Assembly (NCBI GenBank): GCA_965243135.1
Contig: OZ251539.1
Coordinates: 5,440,001-5,504,000 of the forward strand
Direction: 5' to 3'
Source: Alphaproteobacteria bacterium
GTDB lineage: Bacteria; Pseudomonadota; Alphaproteobacteria; MPNO01; UBA830
DNA length: 64,000 nt
Part shown: positions 31,701 through 43,005 of the stretch, one piece after another
Position numbering within the stretch: position 1 is the stretch's first letter
Layout of the letters: each line of letters begins with the position of its first letter
Made by a program: the position numbers and the translations under genes
The notes under the pieces: model-generated
Seen by the model: the letters and a program-made list of their open reading frames with translations, nothing else
Told to the model about the DNA's origin: nothing
Databases searched by the model: none

Positions 31701-34700
31701 CCCGAGTCCATCCCTCCGAATAGCGATACGCCGGCAGGCGATCAGATTCGGCGGGATGCCCCCATATACAAGGAGGCCGGTACGATCGAGCTCGTCGCCC
31801 GCATTGATGCGGCCGCCAGAAAGCTGGGGCGGCTGGACGCAGCGGTCGATTCGGGGCCGCCGGTACCGTCAACGGAGGTCTGGAATGCAGTTGTTTCGAT
31901 GTTTTCCATCTTTTTCCCGACGGAAGGACGAAGCGGTTCGCAGGATTTCTCCATCGTTCAAAATAAGTCCCAGCTGTTCGCCATAATCATCGAGGTCGCC
32001 GGCAGGCATGGCCTCCTCGAGAGGTTGAGCGAGACGCTTATACATTGGTTCGAGGACCGACCGGCGCAATGGCCGCCGACGTTGCGGCTTGAACTCGCCG
32101 ACGCTTTTCGATCGGCGGGCGCAACCGCTCCCTGGTTTCGGCAGACGCTCCAGGAATGGGAGAAGGCGGCAGCCTCCAGTTCTGAACCTGTGGATACGCG
32201 GCTCGAATATATGGCGGAGCTCGTTTTTCGATACGTCCAGGATGGCGAAAAGGAAGCCGCGCAGAGCATCGCGCGCTCGCTGATTCCGATGGCGTTCGGC
32301 GTCGGATACAGAAAAGATTATCAGTTCGATGACTGGGTTTTCTGGCTGGAGAAAGCTCTCGGGCAAAGGGACGGCGACCGGTATACTGGAGATGCCGGAT
32401 GGCTTGCGGGCGTGATTGCGGCGGCGGCTCCAATGACCGAGGGGGCGCCAAGATCGGCTGCAGTTCGACTCGCTCCGGCGGTCGTGCCCGCCGACCCCGT
32501 GGCCGCTGTCCGCATTTTCGAGTATCTGGTTCGGCACGACACCATCGGTCATCTCGACGGGCTGGCCGCCTTGGTCGGAGCGCTGGCGACGCACGCGGGC
32601 TCCGAGAATCCGGCCGCTGTCGATCTGGCGGCGGACATTGCCGCCGAATTGGTCGCGCCAGCGGGGAACCGCGCTTATCCGGAACTTGCAGAGGCCCTTG
32701 TCCGGGCAGCCGAAACTGTTGGCGGCAGGGAAAAACGTGCCGAGCTTGCGAAGTCGATCGCAAGCCGCACCGACAAATTCGCGTTGCCGACTTTGCGAAA
32801 GGGATGGCGGCAAGGCCTCGGCCTTGAAGCGGCCGAAGAGGAACGCGAGCGGGACGGGAGATCGAGCGACGACGATTACGGCGCGCTGGTGTTGTCCGAC
32901 GGTCGCCGCATTGCTTGGGAAGACGTTGCATCCCGCAATGTCGAAGACATCGTCGCTCTTCGCCGCGATGAGTCCGGCGACTCAAGGTTCGACTGGAGTT
33001 CCGTTATTCGTCGACAGGAGCTGACAAACGAAGAGATTAAGAAGCTGAGCGGCCTGTTCGACGGTGGATTCAGCATGCCGGTTCACATTGCGCTTGCCGA
33101 AGCTGCCGAACGGAAGGGCGAGAGGGAAACCGCATTGGGCCTCGCCAATGACGTCCTGAAAGCGGCGGATGGCCGGTCATGGTGCCGTCAGTTCAGCGAA
33201 GGACGCCAGGACGCCGCCGCCGTCGCCGTGCGGCTCGGCGGTGAGGATGCCCGCGTGAGCGCATGCAGAAATCTCGCTCACGCGCTCGACGTAATCCGTT
33301 GGCTGGCCCCCATGCTGCTAACAGAACTGGACAAGCTGATCGCGATACTCGACCCCGGGCTCGACGTCGAAAAGATTTGGCCGGAGGTCCGCATCTATCT
33401 TGAAGGGATCGCCGAGACGCTTGAGCTGCCCGATTCCGGGGTCCTCTCGGATCACGGCTGCCGCTGGTGGATGTCCGCGCCTTCCAAGGATCGGCGGGCG
33501 GCTGTCGAGGATTCGAGTCCCGAGACGGCGCTTGCGGAACTCGCGGTGGGACACCTGTCGCATCCCGCTTTCCTGGTGCGCGACGCGTCCACCGCCATCG
33601 TCATTCGCGCACTTTGGAACGAATTCGAAGCCATTGCCGAGGCGCTCGGCAGATTCGCGCAACTCGGCTCGAGCGACGATGTCATGGAGCGGGGCGGGCG
33701 CTGCCTCGCGGGCGCGAGATCCCGCAACGGATACGTCGTTCCCCCCTCGCTCCGGCCGCTTGAAACGATACTGGCGAAACATCCAAGCCAGATTATCCGG
33801 GACCTTTCTGCCGATCCTCCGTCACTCGGTCGGCGGCCTCTTTCCCCGCTGTACGGTCTGGATCTGCCCCGGCCGATGGAAGCGCCTGTCGGCTCGAGGC
33901 CTGCGTGCCTGGAACCGTACCGACGGGTTTACAAACTGCTGTCGGACGGACTCGGTCTGAACCCCGATGCGGTGCTGGCGGTCGCTGCCCGCTATGCGTC
34001 GGAGGCTCTTGCCGCTCTGCCGGATCCGGAAGCTGTTCGGAGCGCTCTCGCATCCTCTTCCAACATTCAGTTTACGTATTCCTTGGTGAGGTTCGCTGCG
34101 TCGCGCTCCGCATTCGGGCGAGTCCTTTCCGACCTCGGGGACGCCGGTTTGCTCGAACGCGCGCCGCCGGAGATTCGCCGCCTTCTCCGCACCGTCGACA
34201 TCGACGCCCTGGCGCGCAAGGCGGACGGCCGTCCGAAGATCGTACCCGGTCCGCCTCCCGCAGGCCACGACCAGACAATGTCCCGTTGGTCCGGCGAGAT
34301 AGGGAAAAGGCTCGAGGAGTACATCGCTGCGGCGACGCAGGACGGCCAGGCGCTTATCGGCGCGAGATGCCGGTTGAAGGCGTTGAATCGGGGGCGCCTC
34401 GAAGAGGAATTCGTGTGCGGGACGACCGTCGGAACGAAGCCGCGTGACGGTTTCTTTGAATCCCGGCCCGGGACGTTCCTGAAGGATCTCGCCTCCGTGC
34501 AGATAGCCGAATCGCCGAAGGATGGAGAGCAGCTGATTATCGCGAGTCCTGGCTATTGGTTCGATCAGGCCCGCGCCGACCTGGTTGCGTTCAGGCCCGA
34601 ACTCGCAGCGAAGCTGGAATGGGCGGCGGACCCGGACCGGCCCGGTCGTTGGTTTACTGCCGACGGGGAACTCCGAGTCGAAACCATCTGGTGGGTGGAC

Positions 34701-34907
34701 GGATGGTACGGACGCGCGGGCCGCGGCGGCACCGAGGCCGAGGGACATGCGGTCGTCGCCACGTCGTCTGCGCTCGCCGAAATCGCGGCGGTTTTCGGAG
34801 TGACCGCCCGCCACTTCCGTTTGACGCGCCACGGACGGGAGGACGAAAAAGAAGCGGAGCCGGTAACGGCGGCGCGTTCCTCTCCCCTCGCCGTTCCCGA
34901 CGCCTGA
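28774..34907 (+). pseudogene. Nuclease-STAND NTPase (Avs3-like AVAST), ~2040 codons, single frameshift near 31080
   Basis: GYRWQY...VDD...QFK nuclease motif, Walker A GPPGSGKST, Walker B VVDGLDH, helical C-terminus with GVGYRKDYQ. ORFs ending at 31122 and 34907 overlap in different frames. Confidence 0.8.
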
Positions 34908-35339
34908 GAGGCAAGGAGCGGCCTTGGGCGAGCCGCGGAAACGCTCGAAAAACCAGTTGCCCCGGTCCGGCGAAGCGCGGCGCGGCGTCGAACGGGCGGT
35001 CCCGGAGGATTGAAAGCTCTCCGGTTCGGCAATGGCCGACAGGCCGGCGGGACGGGAGCCGTCTTGCGGGAGATCCGGAATGCGCGGCGAACGCCGTCGA
35101 CCGGAACGGTAGGCGCTATTGCGGGGTCGCACCTGGCCGCGTCCGCGAGGCGCGCTGCTTGCCGCGCGGCGCGACCGTCCGCCGGAGAAACCAGGCAGCC
35201 GATTCGCCGAAGGAGCCGGGAACGCTCCTTTCGACGGGAACGCGCCGCGGGAGACTGCTTCCCGGCCGCCGCCGCCGACGCTCGCTCCGGGCGGCGGCCC
35301 GCCGCCCCTTGACGGGAACGGGCGGGAAACGCAAATTCC

Positions 35340-35430
35340 CGCCGACGGAGAGGCCGTATTGCGGATCGTACAGCCTTCACACTTATGCACTAAGCCGCCC
35401 CGCGGTCGCGGCGGGGCCGTCCCTACGTTG
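35340..35430. promoter_or_regulatory. Candidate oriT/promoter region upstream of the relaxase
   Basis: AT-richer patch (CGTATTGCG...CACTTATGCACTAAG) in a very GC-rich intergenic region; positional inference only. Confidence 0.25.
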
Positions 35431-35519
35431 CGCGGCGGCCCGCCGAGACGCCCGAAGGCCGGGCTGGCCGCGACGGCGCCCGGCGAAACTGCGGGAAGGC
35501 GCTTCCGCTGGCCGGCCGC

Positions 35520-38500
35520 ATGGTAGCGTCGATCGGCCAGGCGGCCGCCGCGGAATACTACCTCGAATCCCAGCGGTCGTACCGCCCGGCCGATGCCTGG
35601 TTCGTCCCCGGCGAAGAGCCCGACGGCGCCTGGTGCAACCCGTCCGGGCTGTTCGATATCGCCGACGGCAGCAGGGTGGAGACGCCCGACTGGCTGGCGC
35701 TCTACGGCGGCTTCTCGCCGGCCGGCGGCGCGCGGCTGACGCGCAATTCGGGCAGCGCGTCCCGGTCAGCCGGCCTCGACGTGACCTGCAGCGCCGACAA
35801 GACGATCTCCGCCCTCTGGGCGGTCGCGGACCCCGGGCTGCGGGAGGGGATCGAGCGTGCGCACGCCGCCGCGGCCCGCGCCGCGCTGGAGGAGATCGTC
35901 TTCCGCCATTGCGGCTACACCCGCGTCCGCAAGCGCGACGGAGAGATCCGCGTCGTTCCCGCCCGCCCGATCGCCGCCATGTTTCCGCACGGATCGTCGC
36001 GCGCCGGGGATCCGCAGCTGCACATGCATTGCGTGATCCTGAACGTGGCGAGGACGGAGGCCGACGGCAGGTTCCGGGCGGTCCACCAGTATCCGGTCTA
36101 TCTGTGGCGGAAGGCCGCCGGTTCGGCCTACCGCAACGCACTCGCCTGGCGTCTTCGCGAGGATCTCGGCCTGCCGGTGGAACGCTACGGCGAGCGCGGG
36201 GAATTCACGCGGGTCGCCGGCGTTCCGGTCGGCCTCGTGAAGCGCTGGTCGAAGCGGCGCGAGAAGCTCGAGAAGCAGGCGGCCGCGATGGGCTACGCCG
36301 TCAAGGGCAACGCCGCGCGGCTGGCGGCGGCGAACCTCGCCGGACGCCCGAGGAAGGATCGCCACGATATCGAATGCCGCCATGAACGCTGGCGGAACGA
36401 GGCGGCGGCGCTGAACGCGGCCGGGCTCGCGGAGTCGGTGGCGGAAGCCGGAAGGCGGTCCGTCGCGCCGCGGTTGCCGGACGGCCTCGAGGAGTTGCCG
36501 CTCGAACTGGTCCGCCGAACCGCCTCCTTCCGGCTGCCGGAACTCGTCGAACGGGTGGAGAATGCGACGGCGGGCGCGCTCGACCGCGCCGGCGTCCGGG
36601 CCTGTCTAAAGCGCGCGCTGGAGCGGGACGATCTGGTTCTTCTGGACGGGCCGAAGAAGTCGGCGGACGCCCGCGCGGGCCTCGCGCACACGAAAGTCTG
36701 GTCGACCCCGACCGAAGTCCGCTCGGCGGCGGTCGGCGGGCGGGACGGGGCCGCGGGAGAGGGCGAACGCGCCGCGGCGGGCGAGCGCGCGGAAGGCGCG
36801 GCGCTCCTCGCCGCCCGCGGTTACGAGTTGATCGCCGCGGCCGGCGACTGGAAGGCCGCGAAGGCGCTTGGAACGGATCGCGGCATGCGGCCCGTCACGA
36901 TCGACCGGCTGCTTCGGATGGAGCTCGGCAGCAAAACCGCGGTCCAGGTCGACGGGACGCTGACGGAACGCGAGGCGCGCTGCCTGGCGGAACTGGCGAA
37001 ACGCACCGGCGCGACGATCCTGCCGGCCGGCGGAGCGCGACGAAACGGACAAGGGGGACGCGACATGAAACGGCTTTCCGAGTTGCTGCCGGCAGTGGGC
37101 GGCAAGGTTGGCGTCGGGGGGATGCCGGGGAACCTTCATCTCGGACGCGACCTTGAAGACGCGATGAAGTCGCTTGTCGGCGATTGGGATCGCTTCCGGC
37201 GATCCGGCGGAACGGCGATGGTTCTCGCGCGCACCCAGGCGGAAGCGCAGGCGCTGTCCTTCCTGCTTCGCACGCGCGCGTTGGAAGGACGCGGCGGGTC
37301 GGCTGCGATCCGCGTCGCGGCCGCCGGCCGCCGGACGGCGCTTCTGGAAATCGCGCCGGGCGACCTCGTCCGGCTCGGCGCGCCGTACCGCGGGCTGAAG
37401 CTGCCCGCCGGAACCGTCGTCGCCGTGAAAGAGGTCGAGGCCGCTCCCGGTTCCGTCCTGATCCGCGGACTCGCGGGAGAGGGGCGGGAGGTGGAGTTTT
37501 CTCCCGACGAGGACAGTCGGGGGAACGCCCAGCTGGACCACGGCTACGCGCAAACGATCTCTTCGGCCCGGGGAGAGGCGGTCGACCGGGTGTTCCTGTT
37601 CGCCGACGACAAGCTGGATGCCTCGATGATCCGGCGCGCGGAAGCGCTTCGGCGGGACGGTCTCGACATCTACGTCGACCGCGAGCCGTTGCCCGCGGGA
37701 GACGCGGCGAACTATCTCGCCGAACGCTGGCGGCGTCCGCCGCCGCCGGACGGCCCCGTCGAAATTCCCGCGAACGGCGGCGGTCCGGCGGAGGGCAACG
37801 CGGCGCGGTTCCCGGAGCGCCCCGAAGAACGCGGCGCCCGCGAGCGGCCGACGGATCCGGACGGCCGGGGCGCGGCGGACTGGCTGGCGGCGAACGGAAG
37901 CGTCTGGGGAAGGGACATGGCCCGCGTCATCCGTCGCGCCGCGTCGGAGTTGCGCGAGCGCGTCGGCGGGGACGTTCCGGGGAACCGGCAAGAGCCGCGG
38001 GAACGGACGGCCGCCGGGAGCGGCCGCGCGCCGTCCGGGACGGGAGAAGACATGGCGCTGCAGGCGACGCCGCGGGAACTGTCGGCGGCGCTCGCCGGAC
38101 GGGCCGAAGAGATCTGCCGCGCGTATCTTCCGGGCGGGAAGCGGACCGGGAACTACTGGCAGGCGGGCTCGGTCGCGGGAGAACGGGGACGCTCGCTCTA
38201 CGTTCATCTCGCGGGCGGCCGGCGCGGCCGCTGGGTCGACGAAGCCACCGGCGAGAAGGGCGATCTCCTCGACCTGATCCGCGCCGCGCGCGGCCATTCG
38301 CGCATGAGCGACGCGATGCGGGAAGCCGCGTCGATCGTCGGCGGCAGCGCGCCCGAACCGCGCGAGGCCGTCGCGCCCGCAACGCCGACGGCGGACCCCC
38401 GCCGCCTCGAAAACTTCCTGCGCTCCGCGCGCGCCGTCGGCGGGGACACGCCGGCCGCGCGCTATCTCGAGCGCCGCGGCCTGCGTCCGGAAGGAGACCT

Positions 38501-40265
38501 GAAATACCACCCGTCCGCGCGGGTCCAGGTCGACGGCGAAGCCCGCCGCCTGCCGGCGCTGCTCGCGCCGGTGCGGACGCCGGACGGACGCCTCGAAGCG
38601 GTGCAGCGGATCTTCGTCCGGGAGGACGGAAGCCCGGCGGAGTTCGAGGGGCGCAAGCGGCATACCGGCTCGCCGCAGCGGGGCGCCGTCTGGTTCGGCG
38701 ATCCGCGCGCGGCGCGGCGGGTCGCGATCTGCGAGGGGGTCGAGGACGCGCTCGCGATCCTCCGGGTTCTGACGCCGGAAGAGAAGCGCGGGATAGCGGT
38801 CGCGGCGAGTCTTTCCGCCGGGCGGCTGGCGCGGATCGAGATGCCCGACGCGGTCCGGGAAGTGGTGTTGGTGCAGGATCGGGACGCCGCCGGCGAGCGC
38901 GCTTGGGAAGCGCTCGGGGCGCGCTTCTCGGGGTCGGGAGTGGCGGTTTCGCGGGCGTTGCCGGAAGGCAAGGACGCCAACGAGGACCTCCTCGAACGCG
39001 GTCCGGAAGCGCTCCGGGCGGCGCTGGCGCCGCTAATCGAAGGAGCGGCGCAGCCGGGAGCGCCGCAACTGCAGGAAGCGGCGGGACGGGGAGCCGCCGG
39101 CCGGCGGGTTGCGGTCGCCGACCTGCGGATGGAGATGGAGGAAATCGGCGCCGCGGGGCTGCGCATCGTCGACGATCTCGCCGCGGGGGGAGAAGCTTCG
39201 CGCCGGATCGTGGAAGACGCGCTGGCGGGCGAGTTCCGGGGCGGAACAGTCGCCGCCCTGCGGGAACTGGGCGCCATCGCCGATGCCGAGTGGTCGCTTC
39301 TCGAGGAGCGCAGCCGCGGCGAGTGGCGCGACTCCCTCGGCGTCCCGGAGCAGGACGAGGACGTCCGGACGTCCGCCGCCGATGCTTACCGGCGCTGGAG
39401 CGAAGGTTCCGCCTCGGCCGACGGTCCGCTCGGCTGGCTGTTCGCCCGCATCGCAAGGCTCGTCGATGCGGTCCGGAGCGCGGCGCGCGGCGCGGAGACG
39501 ATCCAGGACGACCGGGCCGTGGTTCCCGAGGAGCCGGCTCCCGGCGGCGCAACTGCGGGCGGGCGGACGGATTCCGCTTCCTTCGCGAGGCTGAACGAGG
39601 AATGGAAGGAAAGGGCCGCCCGCGCCGACGCGGAACGGACGCACATGATCTACCTCGACGGGCACGGGGAGTTTCTGGGACGGATGAAGGCTCTCGCGGA
39701 AAACCTCGACGAAACGGCCCGAAGCGGCATCGCGTCGGGAGTCAAGTATCTCGAAGCCGGAGAGGACGCCCGGCGGTACGTCGAGAACTGGCTTGCGGCC
39801 ATGGCGAAGTGCGCGGCGCGGCGGGAGGTCCTGGAGAGGGCGCGGGAACTGAGCGGGGTCGCGTCGGTTGCGGAGGTGGCTTCCTACGGCGAATGGCGGG
39901 AAGAAAGCGAAGCGCTCGCGATTTCCGGGAAGATGATGCTGGCGGACGAATCGACGTTCGGCGCTCACCTGCGAAGGCAGCCGGCGGGGGAAAGCGGGGT
40001 CGAGAGCGCCGTCGAAACGATGTCGGCGCGCCACGGGCTGGACGACGGGATCGGCCCGACGGAGTCGGAACGCAAAGACGGCGGAGGCCGGCAGTCCGGG
40101 GATTTTCGCGCGGGGCAGGGGGTCGCGGGCGGACGGAACGAGGTTGCGGGCGGGGAGGTCCGGAGCGCGCCGACGGAGGCCGAACGGGATGAACGCGAGA
40201 GCGTTCGGTCGGGGGAGACAGGAGAAAAAGCCTCGGGCAAGTCCCGCGGCGGCCTGAGCCTTTGA
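35520..40265 (+). CDS. MobF (TrwC-type) relaxase fused to a vestigial helicase and a Toprim primase-like domain
   Basis: EYY, DVTCSADKTIS, HGSSRAGDPQLHMH (HUH); degenerate LDHGYAQTISSARG; GKRTGNYWQAG...GDLLDLI; ICEGVEDAL, QDRDAAG, KDANEDL. Confidence 0.88.
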   Translation: MVASIGQAAAAEYYLESQRSYRPADAWFVPGEEPDGAWCNPSGLFDIADGSRVETPDWLALYGGFSPAGGARLTRNSGSASRSAGLDVTCSADKTISALWAVADPGLREGIERAHAAAARAALEEIVFRHCGYTRVRKRDGEIRVVPARPIAAMFPHGSSRAGDPQLHMHCVILNVARTEADGRFRAVHQYPVYLWRKAAGSAYRNALAWRLREDLGLPVERYGERGEFTRVAGVPVGLVKRWSKRREKLEKQAAAMGYAVKGNAARLAAANLAGRPRKDRHDIECRHERWRNEAAALNAAGLAESVAEAGRRSVAPRLPDGLEELPLELVRRTASFRLPELVERVENATAGALDRAGVRACLKRALERDDLVLLDGPKKSADARAGLAHTKVWSTPTEVRSAAVGGRDGAAGEGERAAAGERAEGAALLAARGYELIAAAGDWKAAKALGTDRGMRPVTIDRLLRMELGSKTAVQVDGTLTEREARCLAELAKRTGATILPAGGARRNGQGGRDMKRLSELLPAVGGKVGVGGMPGNLHLGRDLEDAMKSLVGDWDRFRRSGGTAMVLARTQAEAQALSFLLRTRALEGRGGSAAIRVAAAGRRTALLEIAPGDLVRLGAPYRGLKLPAGTVVAVKEVEAAPGSVLIRGLAGEGREVEFSPDEDSRGNAQLDHGYAQTISSARGEAVDRVFLFADDKLDASMIRRAEALRRDGLDIYVDREPLPAGDAANYLAERWRRPPPPDGPVEIPANGGGPAEGNAARFPERPEERGARERPTDPDGRGAADWLAANGSVWGRDMARVIRRAASELRERVGGDVPGNRQEPRERTAAGSGRAPSGTGEDMALQATPRELSAALAGRAEEICRAYLPGGKRTGNYWQAGSVAGERGRSLYVHLAGGRRGRWVDEATGEKGDLLDLIRAARGHSRMSDAMREAASIVGGSAPEPREAVAPATPTADPRRLENFLRSARAVGGDTPAARYLERRGLRPEGDLKYHPSARVQVDGEARRLPALLAPVRTPDGRLEAVQRIFVREDGSPAEFEGRKRHTGSPQRGAVWFGDPRAARRVAICEGVEDALAILRVLTPEEKRGIAVAASLSAGRLARIEMPDAVREVVLVQDRDAAGERAWEALGARFSGSGVAVSRALPEGKDANEDLLERGPEALRAALAPLIEGAAQPGAPQLQEAAGRGAAGRRVAVADLRMEMEEIGAAGLRIVDDLAAGGEASRRIVEDALAGEFRGGTVAALRELGAIADAEWSLLEERSRGEWRDSLGVPEQDEDVRTSAADAYRRWSEGSASADGPLGWLFARIARLVDAVRSAARGAETIQDDRAVVPEEPAPGGATAGGRTDSASFARLNEEWKERAARADAERTHMIYLDGHGEFLGRMKALAENLDETARSGIASGVKYLEAGEDARRYVENWLAAMAKCAARREVLERARELSGVASVAEVASYGEWREESEALAISGKMMLADESTFGAHLRRQPAGESGVESAVETMSARHGLDDGIGPTESERKDGGGRQSGDFRAGQGVAGGRNEVAGGEVRSAPTEAERDERESVRSGETGEKASGKSRGGLSL

Positions 40266-40913
40266 CGCTTCGCGAACTGCCGGGCGGAAAGCGGTCAGCG
40301 GTCGGCAGTTCTGCGTGGTCGCAGGTTATGGACGAAGTCGGCAGCGCGTACCTCGGTGTCGTCGCTCCTGAATGCGGCGTGCCGCCCCGGGCCGGAGCGT
40401 TCGCGTCCGGCCGCAGGTCTGGCTCGGACGGCAGGTCTTGATGCGTTGCTGAAACCTGCCGACGGGAGGGCGACAGCCTTGGATCCCACCGTTCGGGGCG
40501 TTTTTCGACAGGAGCACATTGTTTGACGGCTTCCTCCGACGCAGGCGGTTTCTGTCGCGGGCGGTCTGGCCGGTGGACTCCGAGGCGACGTTCGCCGCGG
40601 GGGCGCTGCTCAAAAAGTGCCCGTTGTTCGGCCGAACTCGGGCTTCCGGCATCGGCGGCGTAGCGGGGCCGCCGCTGCGCCGGTCTCCGTTCCACGCGAA
40701 CGGTCGAGGAGACGGCCGGAACATTCGACGCAGGGTGGACGCCTGAACCGGGAAAAGCTTTCTGCCGTGTTCCGCAGGCATCCGGCGGGGATCCTGCACG
40801 GCCGCCCGAACGCGGTCGCCGAGAGCTGACTTCCAGCCGCGGTCGGAGCGAGCAGGCAGTATGCCTTTGAATGGCGGCAACGCAGGCTGTAGCCTCGCAC
40901 CGGGAGACGGGAA

Positions 40914-42611
40914 ATGACGCTTAGAATTCTTCTGGCGGCGGCATGCGTTGTCTGGTGGTTTGTGACGGCAAGCGCTGCGGTCGCGCAGGCTTACTGCGAC
41001 GAATGGAATACGCCAGCATTCTTTGAGAAGGCTACGGCGTCGGTCGTGAGGCTTTGCTTGACGGATTGGGGCGCTGGGGTATATGCGCGGGGTGGGCTCG
41101 GACGGACGCCCTTGCATGTGGCGGCGGCGTACAGCCAGACCCCTGCCGTGGTGACGGCGTTGCTGGACGCGGGCGCCAACCTGAAGGCGCGGGATAAGTG
41201 GGGATCAACGCCCTTGCATGTGGCGGCGGCGCACAGCCAGACCCCTGCCGTGGTGACGGCGTTGCTGGACGCCCGTGCCGACCTGAAGGCCCAGGATAAG
41301 TCGGGATGGACGCCCCTGCACGTGGCGGCGGCGTCCAGCGAAACCCCTTCCGTGGTGGCGGCGCTGCTGGATGCAGGGGCGGACCGAAAAGCACGGGATA
41401 AAAACGGATTTACGCCTCTGCACATGGCGGCGGGATTGAGCAAGACCCCTTCCGTGGTGGCGGCGCTGCTGGACGCAGGCGCCGACCTGAAGGCGCGGGA
41501 TAAGTGGGGATCGACGCCCCTGCACATGGCGGCGGCGCAAAGCGAGCTTCCTGCCGTGGTGGCGGCGCTGCTGGACGCAGGCGCCGACCTGAAGGCGCGG
41601 GCTAACGATGGATCGACGCCCCTGCACATGGCGGCGGGATTGAGCAAGATCCCTTCCGTGGTGGCGGCGCTGCTGGACGCGGGTGCCGACCTGAAGGCGC
41701 GGGACAAAAACGGAGAGACGCCCTTGCACACGGCGGCGGCGTCCAGCGAAACTCCTTCCGTGGTGGCGGCGCTGCTGGACGCGGGTGCTGACCTGAAGGC
41801 GCGGGACAAAAACGGAGAGACGCCCTTGCACATGGCGGCGGCGTCCAGCGAAACCCCTTCCGTGGTGGCGGCGTTGCTGGACGCAGGGGCGGACCTAAAA
41901 GCACGGGATAAAAACGGATTTACGCCTCTGCATGCGGCGGCGCACAGCCAGACCCCTTCCGTGGTGACGGCGCTGCTCGACGCAGGCGCGGATCCGAAGG
42001 CGCGGGATAAAAACGGATTTACGCCTCTGCATGCGGCGGCGCACAGCCAGACCCCTTCCGTGGTGACGGCGCTGCTCGACGCAGGCGCGGATCCGAAGGC
42101 GCGGGCTAAAGATGGATCGACGCCCCTGCATATGGCGATGAAGTACAGCGAGGCCCCTTCCGTGGTGGCGGCGCTGCTGGACGCGGGCGCCGACCTGAAG
42201 GCGCGGGCTAAAGATGGATCGACGCCCTTGCATGTGGCGGCGGCGTACAGCCAGACCCCTGCCGTGGTGATGGCGTTGCTGGACGCCGGCGCCGACCCAA
42301 AGGCGCGGGATGAAAATGGAGAGACGCTCCTGCATGTGGCGGCGGCGCACAGCCAGACCCCCGCCGTGGTGACGGCGTTGCTGGACGCTGGTGCCGACCT
42401 GAAGGCACAGGATAAACAGGGACGGACGCCCCTGCATGCGGCGGCGGGATTGAGCCAGACCCCTTCCGTGGTAGCGGCGTTGCTGGACATAGGGGCGGAC
42501 CCGAGGGCGAAGGACGCAGCAGGCAAGATTCCCTGGGATCTGATCCCCGACGACTCCACTCTCAAGGGAACGGATGTCTATTGGCGGCTCAACGAGGCGC
42601 GCTTCGAATAG
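40914..42611 (+). CDS. Secreted ankyrin-repeat protein (14 repeats)
   Basis: Signal peptide, CDEWNT cap, 14 x GxTPLHxAA...VVxALLDAGAD, cap LKGTDVYWRLNEARFE. Confidence 0.95.
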   Translation: MTLRILLAAACVVWWFVTASAAVAQAYCDEWNTPAFFEKATASVVRLCLTDWGAGVYARGGLGRTPLHVAAAYSQTPAVVTALLDAGANLKARDKWGSTPLHVAAAHSQTPAVVTALLDARADLKAQDKSGWTPLHVAAASSETPSVVAALLDAGADRKARDKNGFTPLHMAAGLSKTPSVVAALLDAGADLKARDKWGSTPLHMAAAQSELPAVVAALLDAGADLKARANDGSTPLHMAAGLSKIPSVVAALLDAGADLKARDKNGETPLHTAAASSETPSVVAALLDAGADLKARDKNGETPLHMAAASSETPSVVAALLDAGADLKARDKNGFTPLHAAAHSQTPSVVTALLDAGADPKARDKNGFTPLHAAAHSQTPSVVTALLDAGADPKARAKDGSTPLHMAMKYSEAPSVVAALLDAGADLKARAKDGSTPLHVAAAYSQTPAVVMALLDAGADPKARDENGETLLHVAAAHSQTPAVVTALLDAGADLKAQDKQGRTPLHAAAGLSQTPSVVAALLDIGADPRAKDAAGKIPWDLIPDDSTLKGTDVYWRLNEARFE

Positions 42612-42819
42612 GCCATCCTGCACAAACAGGATCGAGAAAAGGCGCGCTTCCTGTCTCCCGGAAAACAGCTGCGAGAACGTATTTCGTCCATCGACCGGGA
42701 GAGCTGCTTGCCGAATTTCCCGCGAAACCGGAGGTTTCGGGCAGTGCCGTGCGCAGCCGTTGCAAACTCTGCGCGCCCGCGAGCCGGGATGGGCAGCCTC
42801 AAGTAGTGAAGGGCGGTCG

Positions 42820-43005
42820 GCATCGCAAGGCTCGTCGACGCGGTCCGGAGCGCCGCGGGCGGTGCGGGGACGTTCCGGGACGACCGGGCCGTGGTTCCCG
42901 AGGAGCCGGCTTCCGGCGGCGCAGCTGCGGACGGGCGGACGGAGGCCGCGACCGATTCCTTCGCGAGGCTGAACGAGGAGTGGAAGGAAAGGGCCGCCCG
43001 CGCCG
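42820..43005 (+). repeat. Relaxase 3'-region copy 2 (matches ~39448-39627)
   Basis: Runs from GCATCGCAAGGCTCGTCGA to GAAAGGGCCGCCCGCGCCG. Confidence 0.85.

Noticed and set aside
34556-40192. Long alternative-frame ORFs (609, 685, 1002, 541 aa) over the relaxase region
   Set aside because: Arg/Gly/Pro/Ala-rich shadow frames expected in very high-GC DNA; no motifs.
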